From Planctomycetota bacterium (lineage in GTDB: Bacteria; Planctomycetota; Planctomycetia; Pirellulales; Lacipirellulaceae), in assembly GCA_039190745.1 (NCBI GenBank), contig JBCCXZ010000010.1, positions 1 to 64,000 on the forward strand: DNA of 64,000 nt, written 5' to 3'. A model generated the notes under the pieces. It did not search any database and was not told where the DNA came from. It saw nothing but the letters and a program-made list of their open reading frames with translations. Below are positions 57,978-64,000 of the stretch, one piece after another. Made by a program: the position numbers and the translations under genes. Position 1 is the stretch's first letter, and each line of letters begins with the position of its first letter.

Positions 57978-60176
57978 ATGAGCCAGACCGAACTGCCCGC
58001 CACAGCCGTGACCCGGGAAAACTGGGCCGAGATCACCCCCCAGGCGATCTACGAGAAGCTCGACGCGGTGGCACGCAACCTCTGGTGGAGCTGGCACCCC
58101 GAGGTGATCAACCTGTTCCGCGACCTCGACCCGGTCCGTTGGCGGCAGCTCGACCACAACCCGATCGCTCTGCTAAAGGAGATGACCCCTGAGCAGGTCG
58201 CCCAGCGCGCCTCGGAGATGGTGCTCTACACCCGCATCAACCAAGCCCACCGCCGACTGAAAAGCTACCTGCGGGACAACCGCACCACCTGGGGCGCCCG
58301 CAAGGCCGGCGTCCTGGGCGCCAAGCCGGTGGCGTACTTCTCCGCCGAGTTCGGCATCCACGAGTCGGTGCCCATTTACTCCGGCGGCCTCGGCGTGCTC
58401 TCCGGCGACCACATCAAAAGCGCCAGCGGCCTCGGCGTGCCGCTGGTGGCAATCGGGCTGTTCTACGACCAGGGCTACTTCAAGCAGCTGCTCAACGGAG
58501 AGGGATACCAGGAAGAGCAGTACCTCGACACCAAAGTCGAGCTGCTCCCGATGGAACCCGCGCTTTGCGAGTCGGGCAACCCGATCACGGTTGAGGTCAA
58601 CACGACCGAAGGCTCGCTGCTGGCCAAGGTCTGGCTCATGCGGGTCGGCCGCGTCAGCCTCTACCTGCTCGACTGCGACGTCGAAGGCAACAGCCCCGAA
58701 GACCGCGAGCTCACCTCCCGCCTCTACGGCGGCGACACACGCACCCGCATCCGCCAAGAGCTGGTGCTCGGCGTCGGCGGCGTCAAGGCGCTCCGCGCCC
58801 TCGGCATCACCCCCGGCGTGTACCACCTGAACGAAGGCCACAGCGCCTTCGCCCCGCTGGAAGTCATCCGCGAGCGGATGGAGGACGACGGCCTGTCTTT
58901 CGACGAGGCCCTCCGCGAGGTCGCCCACTGCACGGTGTTCACCACCCACACGCCCGTGCCCGCCGGCCACGACCGCTTCGACGCGGCGCTGGTCGAGGAG
59001 CACCTCGGCCCGCTGCGGAACCAACTCGGCATCTCCAACGAACAACTCATGGGCCTCGGCCGCGTCGAGCCGCAGAACGAGCAAGAAACCTTCTGCATGA
59101 CCGTCATCGGCCTGAAACTCTCCCGCAGAGCCAACGCCGTCAGTTCGCTGCACGGCCACGTCTCACGCCGGATGTGGGCCCACCTCTGGCCGTGGCGCGT
59201 TGAGGAAGAAGTGCCCATCGGCCACATCACCAACGGCGTGCACATCCCTAGCTGGCTCGCCTACCCGATGCAGCTGTTGTACGACAAGTACCTCGGCGCG
59301 GGCTGGCAGAACCGCATGGGCGACCCCGAGGTGTTCCAGTGCATCTACAACGTCGAGCGGGGCGAGCTCTGGGAGACGCACAACGCGCTGAAGAGCCGGC
59401 TGCTGGACTTCGTCCGCCGCCGCGTGAGCCGTCAGTGCCGCCGCCGCAACGAGGACGAGGCCAGCATCGAGGCGGCCCGCAACGTGCTCGACCCCAGCGC
59501 GCTCACCATCGGCTTCGCCCGCCGCTTCGCCACCTACAAGCGGGCCGACCTCTTCCTGGCCGACCTCGACCGGATCGCCGACCTGCTGAACGACCCCAAC
59601 CGCCCCGTGCAGTTGATCTTCGCCGGCAAGGCCCACCCGGCCGACCAGCCCGGCAAGCAGCTCATCCAGCGGATCGCCAACCTGCGGAACGACGCCCGCT
59701 TCGCCGGCCGCGTGGTCTTCATCGAAGACTACGACATCAACGTCACCCGCCACATGATCCAGGGCGTCGACGTCTGGCTCAACAACCCCCGCCGTCCGCT
59801 CGAGGCCTCCGGCACGAGCGGGCAGAAGGTCGTCCTCAACGGCGGGCTCAACTGCTCGATCCTCGACGGCTGGTGGGCAGAGGCCTACGACGGCCGCAAC
59901 GGGTTCGCCATCGGCAAGGGAACCCACCACGCCGACACCGAGATCGACGACCAGCGCGACGGACTCGACCTCTACCGCGTGCTCGAAGAAGAAGTCGTCC
60001 CCCTGTTCTACAACCGCGACGCGGACGGCCTGCCCCAGCAGTGGATCGAGCACATGATGGACTCGATCGCCACGCTCGCCGCACGCTTCAGCGCCCACCG
60101 CATGGTGATGGACTACGTCGAGAAGAGCTACCTCGTCGCCGCCGGCGGAGTCAGCTCCGACATGAGCGAGCGGTAG
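57978..60176 (+). CDS. glgP: Alpha-glucan phosphorylase
   Basis: YSGGLGVL.GD, NEGH, ARRFATYKR and EASGTSGQK. Confidence 0.96.
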   Translation: MSQTELPATAVTRENWAEITPQAIYEKLDAVARNLWWSWHPEVINLFRDLDPVRWRQLDHNPIALLKEMTPEQVAQRASEMVLYTRINQAHRRLKSYLRDNRTTWGARKAGVLGAKPVAYFSAEFGIHESVPIYSGGLGVLSGDHIKSASGLGVPLVAIGLFYDQGYFKQLLNGEGYQEEQYLDTKVELLPMEPALCESGNPITVEVNTTEGSLLAKVWLMRVGRVSLYLLDCDVEGNSPEDRELTSRLYGGDTRTRIRQELVLGVGGVKALRALGITPGVYHLNEGHSAFAPLEVIRERMEDDGLSFDEALREVAHCTVFTTHTPVPAGHDRFDAALVEEHLGPLRNQLGISNEQLMGLGRVEPQNEQETFCMTVIGLKLSRRANAVSSLHGHVSRRMWAHLWPWRVEEEVPIGHITNGVHIPSWLAYPMQLLYDKYLGAGWQNRMGDPEVFQCIYNVERGELWETHNALKSRLLDFVRRRVSRQCRRRNEDEASIEAARNVLDPSALTIGFARRFATYKRADLFLADLDRIADLLNDPNRPVQLIFAGKAHPADQPGKQLIQRIANLRNDARFAGRVVFIEDYDINVTRHMIQGVDVWLNNPRRPLEASGTSGQKVVLNGGLNCSILDGWWAEAYDGRNGFAIGKGTHHADTEIDDQRDGLDLYRVLEEEVVPLFYNRDADGLPQQWIEHMMDSIATLAARFSAHRMVMDYVEKSYLVAAGGVSSDMSER

Positions 60177-60327
60177 TACCGGGCGTGAAAGTGCCCAAAC
60201 TGCGCCGGCTACGGCGGCAACGACCGCAAGGCAGCGGCAAGGCGACGCTGCCAGTTGGCTGCTGCGCCGCCGCTAGGGTACACTGAGTAGCACCGACGCC
60301 CTCCCTGTCACCCCCCTGGTGCTTCTC

Positions 60328-61428
60328 ATGGTAGGCGCAAAAATCGCTGCCCCCGACGACGCGGCCCTCACCGTGTTGTGCGAACGGCTGGCCGAGCTGG
60401 CCGTCGACCTCGACCAATCCGGCGACTGGCCCGCCGAGCAGCTCCGCCTCTGCGGCGAGCACGGCGTCTTCGAGTGGTTCCTGCCAGAAGAGTGGGGCGG
60501 GTTGGCCTGGGACGCCGAGGCCATCACCCGCGGCTACCTCGCCTTGAGCGGGGCCTGCCTCACCACAACGTTCATCATCACGCAACGCACCGGCGCCTGC
60601 CGGCGGATCGCGGCCTCGGCTAACCGACCGCTCCAAGAAAAGCTCCTGCCGGGGCTCGTCAGCGGCGACACCTTCGCCACGGTCGGCATCTCACACCTAA
60701 CCACCAGCCGGCGGCACCTCGCCCGGCCGGTGCTGCGGGCCGAACGCCGCCCCGGCGGGTTCGTCCTCTCCGGGTTCTCGCCCTGGGTCACCGGCGCCGC
60801 CCACGCCGGCCACGTCGTCGTGGGGGCCTCGCTGATGCACGACAACGCTGCCACCGGCGAGGAACTCCTTGTCGCGGCCCCGGCCGACCTGCCGGGCGTC
60901 ACGGTCCCCGAGCCCGCCAAGCTCACGGCCCTTTCTTCGAGCCACACCGGCGAGGCCCGTTTTGATCAGGTGTTTGTCGAAGATGAGTGGCTCGTCGACG
61001 GACCGAAAGAAAACGTCATGGGCGGCGGAACCGGTGCCTCGACCGGAGGGCTGCAAACCTCCACCCTCGCCCTGGGGCTGTCGCGCAAGGCTGTCGAGTA
61101 CCTGGAAGACGAGGCCTCTCGCCGCGTCGACCTCGACGAACCCGCCGGCGCACTCCGGCAGGATTACGAAGACCTGCAGGCCCGCCTGCTCACCGCACTA
61201 GGAGGCGGAGAGGACAGCGAATCGAAAGACGACATCCGCACCGACGCCAATAGCTTGGCCCTCCGCGCTACCCAAGCCGCACTCGCCGCGGCCAAGGGCA
61301 GCGGCTACGTGCTCGGCCACCCCGCCGGACGCTGGTGCCGCGAGGCGTTGTTCTTCCTCGTGTGGAGCTGCCCCCAACCGGTGATCCAGGCCAACCTCTG
61401 CGAGCTCTCGGGCGTCGGGTCGGTTTAG
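60328..61428 (+). CDS. Acyl-CoA dehydrogenase-like protein
   Basis: [39 protein letters not shown]. Confidence 0.8.
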   Translation: MVGAKIAAPDDAALTVLCERLAELAVDLDQSGDWPAEQLRLCGEHGVFEWFLPEEWGGLAWDAEAITRGYLALSGACLTTTFIITQRTGACRRIAASANRPLQEKLLPGLVSGDTFATVGISHLTTSRRHLARPVLRAERRPGGFVLSGFSPWVTGAAHAGHVVVGASLMHDNAATGEELLVAAPADLPGVTVPEPAKLTALSSSHTGEARFDQVFVEDEWLVDGPKENVMGGGTGASTGGLQTSTLALGLSRKAVEYLEDEASRRVDLDEPAGALRQDYEDLQARLLTALGGGEDSESKDDIRTDANSLALRATQAALAAAKGSGYVLGHPAGRWCREALFFLVWSCPQPVIQANLCELSGVGSV

Positions 61429-61431
61429 TCG

Positions 61432-61697
61432 ATTGAGGTTGAGGAAAGGCGGGGGTGAAGCCGGTGATAGGGGGATGGCCTTCCAGCGGAGCGGGCCACA
61501 ACGGGCGTTGCTAACTCGCTGCTTAAAGGGGAAAAAGAAGGGAAGAGGCGTCTCGAGCGCACTCCCATCTCCCGTTTCCTGCCCCCTCGCTTACGCTCGG
61601 GGCTCCGTCCCAATTGAGATTCACTGCCCCCTATCCCCCGTCTCCTTCTTCTTTCATCCCCCCTCCATCACCAACATCCCCCTAATCCCCTTCCCTG
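61432..61697. repeat. Degenerate 9-mer purine/pyrimidine inverted tracts enclosing a single REP-like hairpin
   Basis: GGGGGTGAAG..GGGGGATG / CCCCTATCCCC..TTCATCCCC..AACATCCCC; same type as 8262-8428. Confidence 0.55.
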
Positions 61698-61714
61698 TAA
61701 TCGAGCCCCCACAA

Positions 61715-62380
61715 ATGCCCGATCCCGAACAACCCATCGTCGTCTGGCACGAACAGTCGGTCTCGCGTGAAGAGCGGGCCGAGCTGAACGGCCATCGCGG
61801 CTGCGTGGTGTGGTTCACCGGGCTCTCCGGCTGCGGCAAGAGCACCGTGGCCAACGCCCTGGCCCGCCTGCTGCACGACCGGGGCGTCCGGGCCTACGTG
61901 CTCGACGGAGACAACGTCCGCCACGGCCTGAACTCCACCCCCCAGCTGCTCGCCGAGCGTTACGGCCAGGAGTTCGCAAAACGCTTCGGGCTCGGCTTTT
62001 CGCAGCAAGACCGCGAAGAGAACATCCGCCGCGTCGGCGCCGTCGCCGGCCTGCTGGCCGACGCGGGGGTCGTCACGCTCACCGCCTTCGTCAGCCCCTA
62101 CCGCTCCGATCGCGACGCGGTCCGGGCCGCTCTCCCCGAGGGCGACTTCTTCGAAGTGTTCGTCGACGCGCCCATCGAGGTGTGCGAGTCGCGCGACCCC
62201 AAAGGCCTGTACAAGAAGGCCCGCGCGGGGGAGATCAAAAACTTCACGGGCATCGACGCACCCTACGAACCGCCCGCGAGCCCCGAGCTCGTCCTCGACG
62301 CTGCGGCACACCAACCCGACGTGCTGGCAGAACAGGTCGCCGGTCTGCTAGCGGAGCGGGCGGTGCTGCGGACGCGCTAG
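61715..62380 (+). CDS. cysC: Adenylyl-sulfate kinase
   Basis: [27 protein letters not shown] and RDPKGLY. Confidence 0.96.
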   Translation: MPDPEQPIVVWHEQSVSREERAELNGHRGCVVWFTGLSGCGKSTVANALARLLHDRGVRAYVLDGDNVRHGLNSTPQLLAERYGQEFAKRFGLGFSQQDREENIRRVGAVAGLLADAGVVTLTAFVSPYRSDRDAVRAALPEGDFFEVFVDAPIEVCESRDPKGLYKKARAGEIKNFTGIDAPYEPPASPELVLDAAAHQPDVLAEQVAGLLAERAVLRTR

Positions 62381-62583
62381 GCGTTTGGCGAGCCGCTTCC
62401 CGCCGGACGCCTTTTCTATGATTGACGCGCGCTCGTCGATGCGGCTAGATTCGGTGACACGAGCGGTGACGACGGGCGGCTCTTCCGCCCGCGTGGTGGC
62501 AGCCAACGCTCGGAAAGGACACAGTCCACACACTCACGCCACGCTCAGACCGAAGCGAGACGCGACTCAAGGAGGGTCCACTC

Positions 62584-62853
62584 GTGCCCCACGCCGTGCA
62601 AGACATGCTCCCGCCTACCCCGCCCGCGCGCACCCAGCCCGTGGAAGAACCGCGCCTCGTCCGAGAGATCCGAGGCCGTATCCAGCAACGCCTGCCGGGA
62701 CGGGTCCACTTTCTCTCTGTGGAACTCTCCGACGAGGGCATCGTCCTCTCTGGCGAGTGCTGCACCTTCTACTCCAAGCAGATGGCCCAGCACGTCGCGA
62801 TGGGCGTCGTGGAGTACGAGCGGCTGATCAACAACATCACGGTGCGGCACTAG
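62584..62853 (+). CDS. Small BON-like domain protein
   Basis: RBS AGGAGG; IVLSG...FYSKQMAQ...LINNITV. Confidence 0.7.
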   Translation: MPHAVQDMLPPTPPARTQPVEEPRLVREIRGRIQQRLPGRVHFLSVELSDEGIVLSGECCTFYSKQMAQHVAMGVVEYERLINNITVRH

Positions 62854-63928
62854 CCCCAGGCTCGTCCACGGCGAGAGCACGCTCGGCCGCCCCGTCGATC
62901 GCGGCCGCCAGCGACTCCTCACCCGCGAGCACCTCCAGCCGCACCTCGACGGCCCACACCGGCATGCCCTCGATGTCCGCCGCGGCGATCTTCACCAGGT
63001 CTTTCCGCGTGCAGACCAACGCCCCGGCGCCCGCCTCGCTCGCCCCGCGAGCCAACCCCAGCACCTCCTCGGCGGTGTAGCTGTGGTGGTCGGGGAACTC
63101 CCGCCAATCGGCGATTTCCAGCGGCAGCCCGTCGAGCGTGTACCGGAAGCCCGCCGGGTTGCCGATCCCGCAGAACGCCGCGACCCTCTTCCCAGCAAGC
63201 TCTTCGAACCCGCGTCGCTCGCCGTCGGCGTTCACCAAGCACGCGGGCCGGTGGGCCGCTTCGCACCACGCTGCGCGGGGCGCGAGTCCCGCAACGCGCT
63301 GCCGGACTTGCGAGCGTCCTTCCTCTTCAAGCATCTCTGCGCGGCTCAGCACCACGACATCCGCGCGACGCAAGCCAGAGGCCGGTTCGCGGAGCGTCCC
63401 CCGGGGGAACACGCGCCCGAAGCCAAACGGCTCGGTCGCGTCCAGCAGCACGATGTCCAGGTCGCGCCCCAGCCGCCGGTGCTGGAAGCCGTCGTCCATC
63501 ACCACCAACTGCGTGGCCAACTCCTCGATCGCCACAGTGGCCGCCGCCACGCGGTCGGGGTTCTGCACGTGCGGCACGTCCGGCAGCGCGAGTTCCAGCT
63601 CGAGCGCCTCGTCGTTGTGGCCCTGGTCGTCCGCCCCGTAGCCGCGGCTGACCAGCGAGACGCGCACGCCCCGCCCGCGCAGCCGGCGGGCGATCCACTC
63701 CACCATCGGCGTCTTGCCCGTGCCGCCGAGCGTCAGGTTGCCGACGCTGATCACCGGCACATCGACGCAAACCGTTTCCCGCTTGCCCAGTTCGTAGCCC
63801 CGGTTCCGCCAGCGGACGGCCAGGGCGTACGGCACCTCGGCGGCCGCAAACGCCGTGCGGGCCGCCCACGCCCCGAAGCCGCGTTTGCGGCCGCTGACCA
63901 GCTCCCGAAAGTCCGTCCCGTTAATCAC
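62837..63928 (-). CDS. lpxK: Tetraacyldisaccharide 4'-kinase
   Basis: SVGNLTLGGTGKTP, SRGYG, DDGFQH, FPDHH and TRKDLVK. Confidence 0.96.
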   Translation of the reverse strand: MINGTDFRELVSGRKRGFGAWAARTAFAAAEVPYALAVRWRNRGYELGKRETVCVDVPVISVGNLTLGGTGKTPMVEWIARRLRGRGVRVSLVSRGYGADDQGHNDEALELELALPDVPHVQNPDRVAAATVAIEELATQLVVMDDGFQHRRLGRDLDIVLLDATEPFGFGRVFPRGTLREPASGLRRADVVVLSRAEMLEEEGRSQVRQRVAGLAPRAAWCEAAHRPACLVNADGERRGFEELAGKRVAAFCGIGNPAGFRYTLDGLPLEIADWREFPDHHSYTAEEVLGLARGASEAGAGALVCTRKDLVKIAAADIEGMPVWAVEVRLEVLAGEESLAAAIDGAAERALAVDEPGASAAP

Positions 63929-64000
63929 TCGGCCGCCCGCATGGTTGCTTTTCTGAAAGTTCTGCAGGGAGTATCGCCCCGCCCTACGCGGGCTCGCCAG

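Overview
GC-rich bacterial chromosome segment, very probably a planctomycete (Pirellulales-like). This is inferred from the DUF1559 prepilin-type gene, RFSL-leader proteins, DUF1573 protein and Lys-rich histone-like proteins. It is mostly housekeeping: lpxB, a CYTH cyclase, a UDP-sugar pyrophosphorylase, metK, ispF-cysS, ruvC-ruvA...ruvB, rpmF-fabD-fabG-acpP-fabF, nusA-infB-rbfA, yebC, proS, yhaM-rnr, gcvT-H-PA-PB plus a lipoate ligase, metF, glgP, cysC and lpxK. Small accessory inserts and several families of intergenic palindromes lie between these genes. The most notable items are: (1) a self-contained ParE/RelE-type toxin-antitoxin unit bracketed by two 67-bp REP-doublet elements whose arms are identical but whose 15-bp spacer is flipped; (2) three apparently catalytically dead enzyme homologues (a ketosynthase missing its whole Cys-His-His triad, an endonuclease-III-fold protein with an H1-like tail in the infB operon, and a 5'-nucleotidase-fold/tetraheme cytochrome fusion); (3) three Lys-rich histone-like proteins or tails; (4) a CysRS with a duplicated C-terminal module followed by two constant-N/variable-C cassettes; (5) an orphan acidic-protein + HTH/Zn-ribbon gene pair behind an AT-rich palindrome. 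I found no rRNA, tRNA, CRISPR array or transposase by eye. All product calls come from motif recognition, not database searches.
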